From the NCBI GenBank assembly GCA_016748015.1, contig JAAOMT010000633.1, positions 28,196 to 92,195 of the forward strand: a stretch of DNA of 64,000 nucleotides, given 5' to 3'. Positions 12,455 to 23,456 of the stretch are shown piece after piece. A model generated the notes under the pieces. The model saw nothing but the letters and a program-made list of their open reading frames with translations. It was not told where the DNA came from and did no database searches. The stretch's first letter is position 1, and every line of letters begins with the position of its first letter. This DNA comes from Geosiphon pyriformis uo1 (lineage: Eukaryota > Fungi > Glomeromycota). A program made the position numbers and the translations under genes.

Positions 12455-12868
12455 GACAACGGGCACTTAGGAATAATACCCAAAAGAGCCCATCCAACCG
12501 ACACCGGATTCAATCTACGTTATTCGGAAGACCAATCCACAACGTTACCACCCAGGAGCATCACCAAAATTGACCTAAAATTAGTGGTTGAAATTCCGCC
12601 AGGAATAATGATTCAAATGGCATCGCAATCAAGCCTCGCGAAAAAAGAAATAAGTGTTCAAGGAGGAGTAATTAACTCCGGATACACTGGAAATTTGATG
12701 GTTTTGCTACAGAACAATTCAGAAAAGTCTTATACCATTGAATCTAAGGAAAAGATTGCACAAGCAATTTTCCTACCATTGGTAAAAATTGGGAAATTTG
12801 TGTCAGTGGAAAATTGTGAGGAATTGTCACAAACAACGAGAGAAACTTTTGGTTTCGGATCGACAGGA
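12455..12868 (+). CDS. dut: dUTPase domain within the C polyprotein
   Basis: Trimeric dUTPase motifs, partly mutated: (A)GFDL, RSSLA, GGVIDSGYTG, KIAQ, RxxxGFGSTG. Confidence 0.92.
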
Positions 12869-14274
12869 AAAGAAATTGAAGCGAATTTTGCTGAAACAAT
12901 AGGGGAAAAAGGCGAAGTAATTAAAAATGAGCAGTCCATCACGCTCCTACCATATGGAAAATCAGAAATAAGAATAAAAAAGACAATTAAAGAAAAAGAC
13001 CTAATATTTGAGCCCTATCCAGAAACTTGCCAACAGTTTCTCATAGGACTTACTAACCTTTTTATTCCAGCTGATAAAGCTCAATGGATAAAAATTTCTA
13101 TTGCAAACACCACAGAAGAACCCGTTTACATTCCGGAAGATATCATCATTGGATACCTCGGAACAGAGCTAGAAAATGTGTCAACACCACAAGAAATTCT
13201 AAATTTCCCAGAAATCGCCCTCTACTGTGAACTCACTTCAATAAATTGGCAACAACCAGTAGAATGCTATCAATTTACGCCAGAAGAATTGGCCAAATTA
13301 AACATTGGAACAATGGATCCCGACCAACAGCGACAATTAAAAGCATTAATTTTAAAATACTCTGATATATTTTCAAGAAATGGCGAATTTGGAAAAACCA
13401 ACTTGGTTCAACACCAAATCCCTACTGGAGACGCCAGACCTGAAAAACAATGCGCTTACTGTGTCCCACCAATGGAGCATAATTTTATCAAAGAAGAAGT
13501 CCAAAGCATGTTGGAAAAAGGAATAATACAACCATCAATGAGCCCATGGTCCTCACCAGTTGTTTTAGTAAGGAAAAAGAACGGAAAAATTAGATTTTGC
13601 GTCGACTATCGCAAACTAAACAGCAAAACAACCAAAGACTCATACCCAATACTATTAATTGACGAAATCTTTGACGTTTTTGGAGGAGCAAAATGGTTTT
13701 CTACACTGGACTTGACCAGTGGGTACTGGCAAGTGGAAATGGACCCAAAGGACAGGCATAAAACAGCATTCACAACACAAAATGGCAATTATGAGTTCAA
13801 TGTAATGCCATTTGGATTAACAAACGCTCCCGCGACATTCCAAAGACTAATGGACGTAATTTACTCCGGAATCCTGTGGCAATCCGTTGTTGTTTACTTG
13901 GATGATACAAATGTTTTCTCGTCAAAATTCACAGATCATCTCCAACATTTACAACAAGTTTTTGAGAGATTGAAACACGCTGGACTTAAACTAAATCTAG
14001 AAAAATGTTTCTTTGGAAAAAATGAGCTAGCATTTTTAGGACACGTAGTTGGAAAAGATGGAATAAAACCAGATCCATCAAAAATAGACAAAGTGAAAAA
14101 TTTTCCAGTACCTCGAAACGTCTCAGAAGTTAGAAGCTTTTTAGGACTCGCATCTTACTACCGCTGCTTTGTAGAAAACTTTTCAAACATCGCCAAACCC
14201 CTTAATTACCTACTATCTAAAAATGTGAAGTTTGAATGGACTGAAGCACAACAAAAAGCTTTTGAGTACCTTAG

Positions 14275-14445
14275 NNNNNNNNNNNNNNNNNNNNNNNNNN
14301 NNNNNNNNNNNNNNNNNNNNNNNNNNNNNNNNNNNNNNNNNNNNNNNNNNNNNNNNNNNNNNNNNNNNNNNNNNNNNNNNNNNNNNNNNNNNNNNNNNNN
14401 NNNNNNNNNNNNNNNNNNNNNNNNNNNNNNNNNNNNNNNNNNNNN
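14275..14445. other. Assembly gap covering most of the C RNase H
   Basis: Run of N between RT and NADCLSR. Confidence 1.
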
Positions 14446-14517
14446 AACTGCTAATGCCGACTGTTTGTCAAGAATGAGACACACATAAAAATCACCAACC
14501 CACCTGCCACAACAACA

Positions 14518-15897
14518 ATGAACAACCACCTTTACAAAAACCTCAGCCAATACTTGGAAACACTACAAATAGACGAAGAAATGCCAGTAAAAGAGCTAAT
14601 TAAGCTCCAAAAATTAGCAAAACACTATTTCATCCAAAATCACATACTTTATTACTGGAATTGACAAAATCCAGATAATCCATTAAGAGTTATAACCACA
14701 GATGAAAAAGAAACTATCTTATTTAACATGCACTCAGATATTCATTCAGGCCACTTTGGAAAAACAGCAACCATCCAACGTGCAACTAGCCATTACTATT
14801 GGCCAAAAATGAGTTCAGACATAATCCAATACATAAAAAATTGTGACCCATGCCAATGAAGAGGAGGAGCAAAAACAACGGAATTATTAAGACCAATAAA
14901 AGTTGGACAGCCATTTGACAGAATCGGAATTGATTTAGTTGGACTCTTACCAATAACAACAAGAAACAACTGTTATATTGCAGTAGCCATGGACTATCTC
15001 ACCAAATGGCCAGAAGCTAGAGCTATTAAAACAGCTGATGCTATTTCTGTAGCTCAATTCGTACATGAAGACTTAATTTGCTGACATGGATGTCCACAAG
15101 AATTGCTATCAAATCAAGGCACACACTTCGTAAACAGCACCTTAAAAGAACTTAGCCAAAAATTTGGAATCAAGCAACCACTGTCATCACCATATCACCC
15201 TCAAACAAATGGATTAGTTGAAAGATTTAATCGCACATTATGCAAATCACTGGCGAAAATTAGTAACGAACATGAAAAAGAATGGAATTTGTTCATACCA
15301 GCAGTACTACTAGCATATAGAACAGTAAAACAAGATACTACACAATTCACACTGTTTGAACTAGTTTATGGAAGAAAAGCCACATTACCCGTTGAACTTA
15401 CTATTCCAACTTATCCGAATGACACTATCACGGAAGCAACATTCTAGGAAACACTACTTAGAAGAACATACGAATTAATGGGAACTTTAGAAAACAAAAG
15501 AAGAAAAGCAGCACAAAATATTGAACAATCACAAGAACAACAAAAAGTGAGACATGATAACCAGTTACCAGATAATATAATTAGCTACAAAATTGGAGAT
15601 AAAGTATTGTTACATCGTACAAAAATGGAAAAACAGTGGAGTGGAAAATTTGATCACAAGTAGGATGAACCATTTTATATTCACGAAATACTTGGAAATG
15701 GAGCATACAAGCTAAGACTAGATGATAAAATATTAAGAAAAGCAGCACATGGTAACCGGCTGAAATTCTATTACAGTAAACCAGTAATAACAACAAAAAC
15801 ACCCAGAATTGGAACACAATTACCTTTAATTCTACCAGAACAAATTCTACGAGATTTAGAACCAATAGTTTTAATTGAACATTATTCGAAAAGATAA
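14518..15897 (+). pseudogene. int: C integrase ORF, separate from pol
   Basis: Own ATG (MNNHLY); HHCC zinc domain (MHSDIHSGHFG...CDPC); core YHPQTNGLVERFN; GPF/Y-like motif; ends LEPIVLIEHYSKR*. Confidence 0.92.
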
Positions 15898-15981
15898 TTA
15901 ATCTTAGATCACAGCAAAAATGATTTAACAACCATAAAAACGCATGCAAAAGATTCCAAAATAACAGTCAAAATTAAAACA

Positions 15982-16647
15982 ATAATACTTATTCCAGAAA
16001 ACATCAATATAACTCAACAATTAGTTGAAAGCTTACAACAATTAAAATCCGATCTAGAAATTACAGTTAATAGCTCCAAAATAACATACATCAAAAGAAC
16101 AATAGAAAATCCAAAAACAAGAAAAGAACATAATTTCGAACCATATAATATTGCCAAATATAACACCAAATTTATTAGCAAAGTTATTGAAAAATTAGAG
16201 ATAGCATTGGGCAATACATTAATAATGGAAGAAATAGAAATAAGTGAATTAATACCAGACACATTTAGCAACTTAAAAACTAAATTCCCAATTAATTACT
16301 GTTATTATCAACTAGGAAAGCACTTGAACATACAAACATTATACTCAAAAGACTCAACTAGAGTGTTTGACAAAACAACTATCCAACTATTAGAACCTTT
16401 CATTGGAAAAACCAACACTACATTCCATTCAAAAACAGTTTACAGAATTTTCAAAGCATTTGAAAACTGTCACAAATTATTGTTGGACCCAACCATGAAC
16501 ATAATAACAACCAACAGTATTGGATGACTTACCAACTCGCAATTTCAAAAATTACAACAACAAATTAATAACACAGTATTGGACCACTATAGTAACTTAG
16601 AATTTAATGAAGAAATTAACTTCAATTTCGATGGAGCTCAATCTTGA
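15982..16647 (+). pseudogene. C ORF3, unknown protein, one internal TGA at 16525
   Basis: NYCYYQLGKHL...VYRIFKAF...IG*LTNSQF...FDGAQS*; the start position is approximate. Confidence 0.75.
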
Positions 16648-16660
16648 AAGGAGGGGATAA
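16646..16660 (+). promoter_or_regulatory. C polypurine tract
   Basis: GAAAGGAGGGGATAA immediately before the 3' LTR. Confidence 0.92.
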
Positions 16661-17526
16661 TGTTACGGTTTAAGAATTTAGCAAAAAAAATCATAAAAAT
16701 AATACAAACTATTCAATCATAATATAGCACAGTAATAATCTTAGAAAGGTAATGATTAACATAGTAGCAAACACCATCTCGTGATAGTGGCAAGCACCAG
16801 TTCACAATAGCAGCCAACACCAACTGGTGATAGTAGCAAGCACCAGGTTGAAATATCAAAAAGAAAGTATTTTCTCATAGAACTACAAACATGTATATAT
16901 ACAATAGTTTTAATATTGGGAAAGAATAAATCAAGTAATAAAAATTATAATTTATCAAGCAATAGATCCAATTTTATCTAACAAACTCCACTTTAAATCA
17001 TACTTTCAAATTAAATATCCCAAGAAACCTTTAAAATCAAAAAGAAATGAAAAAGAATATTTAAAACTGAACTATCACAACCCAAAGTATTAAGAAACTT
17101 ACTTGTATTATTTATTGAATGAAACTATTATTCATCAACTGAATCCCTTGGAAGAATAATCCTTGATCAAGATTATTCACATTGTTACTAATTGATAAAA
17201 GCTTTATTGTGAGAATTAGAAAAGCGCTAAAGACCATTAACATTCTGTGTTTCTAGATTAGAAAAACACATCAGGCAATTGCAAGGATAGCTTCAGAGAA
17301 GACCCCAGACAGTGGGTAGATTTCAGTTTAGCCTCTGAGAAGGAGTACATAAATACACACAACAATCAAGAATTAAAGAATAACTTACATCGCAACAGTA
17401 AAAAGAAAGCCTTCAGTGTAACAGTGACACTATCACACAAATAGAATTGAGGAACTCACGAAAGACTGATTGCAATTAAAGCGGGATATCAGCAATTAAA
17501 TATAACAAGAAAACCATCCTGTAACA
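16661..17526 (+). repeat. C 3' LTR (866 bp)
   Basis: TGTTAC...GTAACA. Confidence 0.95.
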
Positions 17527-20004
17527 ACGATCCCCAAAGAGGAAAAACCAATCAGCAGTTGCATATTGAAGTTGGAATCGCTGCTCAATCCCAATTCAAA
17601 CCCCAACAACAATGATGACAAGAATAATAGTTCCAGCTCCGTTCAAAATAGCAATGACAAGAACAACGATATCAACTCAGATTCAAACTTTGACTCAAAC
17701 TATGAACAATATATCGCACTTCTTGACCTCACTAAGGAACAAGAACTGAAATGGTTCAGCAATAATAATGAAAGTATTATGCCAGAATGCATGCACAATA
17801 CTAATGCAGGATTTGATCTGAGATATCCAGAAACAGAAGCCATCAAATTGGAACCACATATGCACACCTGCATCAATTTGAAAATAGCACTAAAAATTCC
17901 AGCAACAATAATGGTTTAATTAGCATCTAGGAGTAGTTTAGCAAAAAGAGAGATTAATATAAAAGGAGAAATAATTGACATGGGATATGTGAGAAATATT
18001 ATCACTATACTACAAAATGACTCAAACAAGGCCTATATAATAGAGCCAAACAAAAAGATAGCACAGGCAATATTCTTACTTTTGGTTAAGATAGCTTAGT
18101 TAGTACTGGTGGGAAACAGGGAAGAGTTAAAAATAACAACAAGAAAGATACAGGGATTTGGGTCAATGGGTAGAATAAATGTATCAGTTAATATGGCAGA
18201 GGAAGAAATTGTTGGCCAAAGAAAAATTATCTCAACCAGCCAAGCTATTTCCATTCCACCATATAGCCAGTATATGCTAACAATAGAAAGGAAGGAAAAA
18301 AAACAAGAACAGATTTTTGAAGCTGAAACAAGCCTTTGTGAATCAGAAAAGATTGGACTGATCAATTTCCACATACTAGCCAAAAGCTATAGCCACATAA
18401 AAATTCCCATCTACAACAACACTGGCAATGTCATCAACATACCAGAAAGAACCACCATCGGATATTTAACCACAAAAATAGAAGACCAACCACCAAATCC
18501 CATTCCAGACTTTCCACACCTTTGTGGATATGTCGACATTACATTACAAACAATCTATGGATGAGACAAATGTTATTTACTCCAACCAGAACATTTGGAA
18601 CAAATGAACATGAAAAACTTAGATTCACTTCAATGTATACAGCTCAAGATGTTGCTCAACAATTTTAAAGACATCTTTGCTAGTGAAAATGAGTTTGGCT
18701 GAACTGACATCATCCAGCATCAAATCAAGACTGGAGATGCAATGCCAATTAAACAAAGAGCATACAAAGTGCCACCAGCCAGCCATGAGATCATCTGTCA
18801 AGAGATAAACTGAATGCTTAACAATGGGCTAATTCAACCATCAATGAGCCCATGGTCATTACTAGTAGTACTTGTTTGTAAAAAGAATGGGAAAATCCGA
18901 TTTTGTGTGGACTACAGGAAACTCAATAGTGTAATACGTGGAGACAGCTATCCAACTCCACAAATACAAGAATTATTCAATGCTTTCGGTGGGAACAAAT
19001 GGTTTTCAACATTAGATTTGGACAGTGGTTATTGGCAAGTAGCCATGAATTCAGCTAACAAAGAGAAGACAGCATTCACCACTAGAGAAAGGAATTTCAA
19101 ATTTGAAGTGATGCCATTTGGTTTAACCAACACACCAGCCACTTTCCAATGGCTAATAAAAATTGTCTATACTGGCTTATTGTGGAAATCAATAGTTGTA
19201 TACTTGGACAACACCAATGTATTCTCAAAAACATTTGATAATCATCTTTACCATCTTCAACAAGTGTTCGAAAGACTAAGAAGAGCAGGACTAAAGTTAA
19301 ATACAACAAAGTGCTTCTTTGGCAAGACAGAGCTAAAATTTTTGGGACACATAATCAGTAAAGACGACATCAAAACGGATCCAGAGAAAATAGAGATAGT
19401 AAAGAACTTTCTAGTACCAACCAATATGACTGAATTGAAATCATTCTTGGGATTCACAAGCTATTATCAATGCTTTATAAAGAACTTTTCAGAGATAGCT
19501 CAACCACTCAATAATCTGCAAATCAAGAATACCAAATATGAATAGACAGAAAGTCAACAAGAAGCTTTTGATATTCTCAAAAGAAAGCTCATTCAAGCTT
19601 TAGTACTGATCTACTCAGATTACAACAAACCATTCATCATTACTACTGATGCATCAAGCCAAGCATTAGAAGCAGTATTATCTCAGAGAGGACCAGATGG
19701 CAGAGAACATCCAGTAGCATATGTCAGCAGAGGTTTAACACCAGCCAAAAAAAACTAAGAAACACCAGAACAAGAACACTTAGCAATATACTGGGCAGTC
19801 ATGAAATGGAAAAAATACTTGAGCCAGAAATTTGAAGTATACACAGATCACAAGGGATTAACATCACTCCAAAAACAAGAATTTGGAGATGAAAGACAGT
19901 CAAGATAGAAAATGGCACTCGCACCATACAATTATACTATATATTACAAAAAAAGAAAAGACAATAGAAATGCTGATAGTTTGTCGTAAATGAGACAAAT
20001 CTAA
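17527..20004 (+). pseudogene. pol: B pol 3' part: dUTPase, RT, RNase H
   Basis: NAGFDLRY, QGFGSMG, RFCVDYRKLN, YLDN (from YLDD), TDAS; ends MRQI*. Confidence 0.93.
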
Positions 20005-20063
20005 GAACATTTTAACACAAAATATAACAAAACCAGAACAATACCAATGAAAAATAACAAAAG

Positions 20064-21473
20064 ATGAACATACAAAAATATCAACAATTTCAACATTATA
20101 TAAACATTCAACAGTTCAAGGAGAATTTATCTCAAATGGAACAAAAGAGGATTAAACAACAATCAAAATATTTTATCACTCACCAAAATATACTTTATCG
20201 AAAAAATAAAAGGGATCCAGATCAGCCAACCAAAGTGATTACAGAGCCAGAAAAAGAGACAATATTATTTAACATGCACTCAAATCCAACAGCTGGACAT
20301 TTTCACAAAGAAGCAACCATGAAAAGAACCAAAAAAAGATGCTATTGGCCATTAATGTATCCAGACATCATCCAATATGTTAAAAATTGTGATGCTTGTT
20401 AGCAAAGAAGAGGAACAAGACCCAATGAACTATTAAGACCAATCAAAGTGGGACAACCATTTGACTGGATTGGAATTGATGTAGTCGGACCATTAACAAT
20501 TACCAGCAGAGGAAACAGATATATAGTAATAGCCATGAACTATCTCACTAAATGGCCAGAGGCAAAAGCAATTCAAAGAGCGGATGCAGAATCCATTGCC
20601 AAATTCGTTCATCAAGATTTAATTTGTCAACATGGATGTCCAAAGGAATTATTATCAGACCAAGGAACTCATTTTGTGAACAGAACATTAACAAAATTGA
20701 GCCAAAGATTCGGAATTAAGAGACCACTATCATTATCATACCATCCACAAACCAATAAATTAGTCAAAAGATTCAACAGAACATTGTGTAAAGCAATAGC
20801 TAAACTCAGCCAAGAAAACCAGAACAATTGGGATTTGTTGATACCATTAATACTATTTGCTTATCAGACAATGAAGCAAGATACTACACAAGCAATACCA
20901 TTTGAATTAGTATATGGTAGAACAGCAATACTACCAGTGGAAATAGAAGTCAGCACATACCCAACCGAACCAATAACAGAAGAGAATTTCAAAAATACTT
21001 TGTTGAAAAAAACATATGACTTAATGGAAACATTAGAAAACAAATGACAAAGAGCAGCTGATAACATACAAAAGTCACAAGAAAAACAAAAAGAAAGACA
21101 TAATAACCAACTACCAGATAAACCAGTTGAATTTAGGATTGGAAACAAAGTACTACTATATTATACCAAAGTGGAAAAACAATGGAGTGGAAAATTTGAC
21201 CCCAAATGAGATGGATCATTTCACATAGAAGAAATTCTAGGAAATAGAGCTTACAAATTAAGATTGAATGACAAAATCTTGACCAAAACAGCACATGAAG
21301 ATCGACTGAAACCATATCACTATATAGCATCATCATCCACTAGTAATATTCCACAATTAGGAGTACAAAAAATACTAGTTCAACCAGATAAGATTTCATA
21401 AGACCTGGAACCAATCATTATCATTGACAACAAAATGTCCAATTGATTGACAAAAGAATATATAAGAACATAG
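20064..21473 (+). pseudogene. int: B integrase ORF
   Basis: MNIQKY start; MHSNPTAGHF...CDAC; GIDVVGP; SDQGTHF. Confidence 0.92.
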
Positions 21474-22129
21474 TCAATGCAACAGAAAAGAGCAGAAAAA
21501 TGGAGATTATGGACAATATCCATTCACTAGCCCAACAAATTTTTTAATTAATCTAACACCAGGAGATGAAAATTACCATCAATCAACAAACTATTCGTTA
21601 CAAAAATATGGGAAAAATACCACAAAACAAAGCATAGAAAAGACTTGAAAACGTGGTTGACAAGATCATAACTAAGATAAAATTGGCCATGAAAGAACAA
21701 CAAATAGTCGGATTACACCAAGAACTTACCAGAGAAACTTGGACTTGGTAGATACAACAATTTCCAAAAAACTATTGTTATTTTTACTTGGGACAACACG
21801 TGAATATCCAGAACTTATATATGGATAAAACAAAGTGGTTATTCAACACAACAATACTACAACAACTAGAACATTTTGTGGAAAAAAACAACTTATCCAC
21901 ACAAGCTCGAGCTATATACCAAATACACACAGCATTTCAAGATTGACCAATAATCCTACTCAACAAAGCAATAGATACGGTTATCAATAATCAATTGGAA
22001 AAAATCACCAATGCTCAATTTGAAGAATTACGGACTCAAATAACACAAGTAATTTTTGAAAATAAAATTCAGAAAATACTTTAAGAGAGAGAATTAAATG
22101 AATTGGATTTTAACGGAGCTCAATATTAA
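21470..22129 (+). pseudogene. B ORF3, unknown protein (decayed)
   Basis: MEIMDNIHSLAQQ...NYCYFLLGQH...ARAIYQIH...LGKITNAQF...FNGAQY*; 660 bp. Confidence 0.75.
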
Positions 22130-22142
22130 AAAGAGAAAATAA

Positions 22143-23016
22143 TGTTACTCATAGAATATAAGAAATATAGTATTATTAATCAGTAGATATTAGCCAATCA
22201 GAGGTAGACGTAGTAAATGTGGAATTCCAGAATTCCTCTCAGAGGAATTGCAGGATTCCAGGAATTTCAAGATTCTCTGACGAAGAATTGTAGGATTCCA
22301 GAATTCCAGAATTCCTCTCATCAGAAATTGTAGAATTCCTGTTGCAAAGAATTAAGGAATTGAGGAATCTTACTTATGTATATATAGCAGTAGAATTAGA
22401 AGCTAAAAAGACAGACCTCTTAGTTTAGATTTAATCTAAGCAACATTCCAGTTCCCAATTATCAAATAAATAATTATTCTATATCTCAACCCATTCTCTA
22501 TTATCAACACTTCATGTTGATAGTAATTGATACTTAACCACACTGGAACAATAGCTCTTGATCATGGCTATTGATGAGATACTAATGTACCAAATTGCCT
22601 TGGCTTATTTTATTTATTTTCTTTATTTTTATTTTCTTTATTTTATTTTCTTTCTTTTTTTGATTTTGTTGTTGTATACTTATTGATTAAAAGATTAAGC
22701 ACTGAGTTATTGACATCAAGGATAGCCTGGTAAAAGACCCAGAAATAAGGGTAGGATTTTATATATTATCGGATAACTTACCAAAAGGGCACGACTGCCA
22801 GACTAAATCTGGTCACTATGCTGAGAAAGAAATTGGGAAAACTCTTGAAAAGATACATCTACTATCGACACTATTGAATCTCTGTTCATTATACAAAAGA
22901 CTCCATCAAAACCTTCAGATACAACACTTGTAGAACCTCATCCACAGAAGTAGCTTTTGAGCACCAAGTCACAGGTTTGTTATTTAATTCAACAGCAGAA
23001 ATAATCACCTGTAACA
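22143..23016 (+). repeat. B 3' LTR (874 bp)
   Basis: TGTTAC...GTAACA, preceded by a decayed PPT (AAAAGAGAAAATAA). Confidence 0.95.
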
Positions 23017-23395
23017 TTGGTCTCAATGGTTTGTTGGGTCTTGTTCCTTTTCTTCTTTGACAAGCATCACAATTTTGCACATATTAGATGATGTCTGGAT
23101 ACATTAATGGCCAATAATATCTTTTTCTGGTTCTTTTTATGATTGCTTCTTTATGAAAATATTCTACAGCTGGATCTGAGTGCATGTTGAACAGTATTGT
23201 TTATTTTTCTGGTTCTGTAATTACTCTGGTTGGTTGATCTGAATCTTTTCTATTTTTTTGATAAAGTATATTTTGGTGAGTGATAAAATATTTGGATTGT
23301 TGTTTGATCCTCTTTTGTTCCAGTTGAGATAATTTTTCCTTGAACTGTTAAGTATCTATATAATGTTGAAGTTGTTAATATTTTTGTGTGTTTAT
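23017..23395 (-). pseudogene. int: A integrase N-terminus (HHCC domain)
   Basis: MHSDPA...YVQNCDACQRRKGTRP. Confidence 0.88.
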
Positions 23396-23456
23396 CTTTT
23401 GTTATATTTTCGTGAATATTGTTTTGGTTTTGTTATATTTTTGGGTTGAAATGTTC

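Larger units (their letters stand above)
9375..14488 (+). pseudogene. gag-pol: C single-frame gag-PR-Cys-rich-dUTPase-RT-RNase H polyprotein with three visible premature stops
   Basis: ORFs 9872, 10226, 10850 and 12329 share one frame. Motifs: CYFCKRIGH, LILDSGSAGS, HPTDTGF/GGVINSGYTG/GFGSTG, RFCVDYRKLN, MPFGLTNAPATFQR, YLDD, ANADCLSR. Confidence 0.95.
8179..17526 (+). mobile_element. Element C: least decayed Ty3/Gypsy element, innermost of the left nest, inserted in B
   Basis: LTRs from 8179 (into the gap) and 16661-17526; TSD ACAA (8175-8178) / ACGA (17527-17530). The B frame rejoins as IYTIPKE. Confidence 0.95.
3497..23016 (+). mobile_element. Element B: full-length decayed Ty3/Gypsy element inserted in the A integrase and interrupted by C
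   Basis: LTRs 3497-4386 and 22143-23016; perfect TSD TTGG (3493-3496 / 23017-23020). Removing B restores A integrase KPLRPIKVGQP. Confidence 0.95.
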
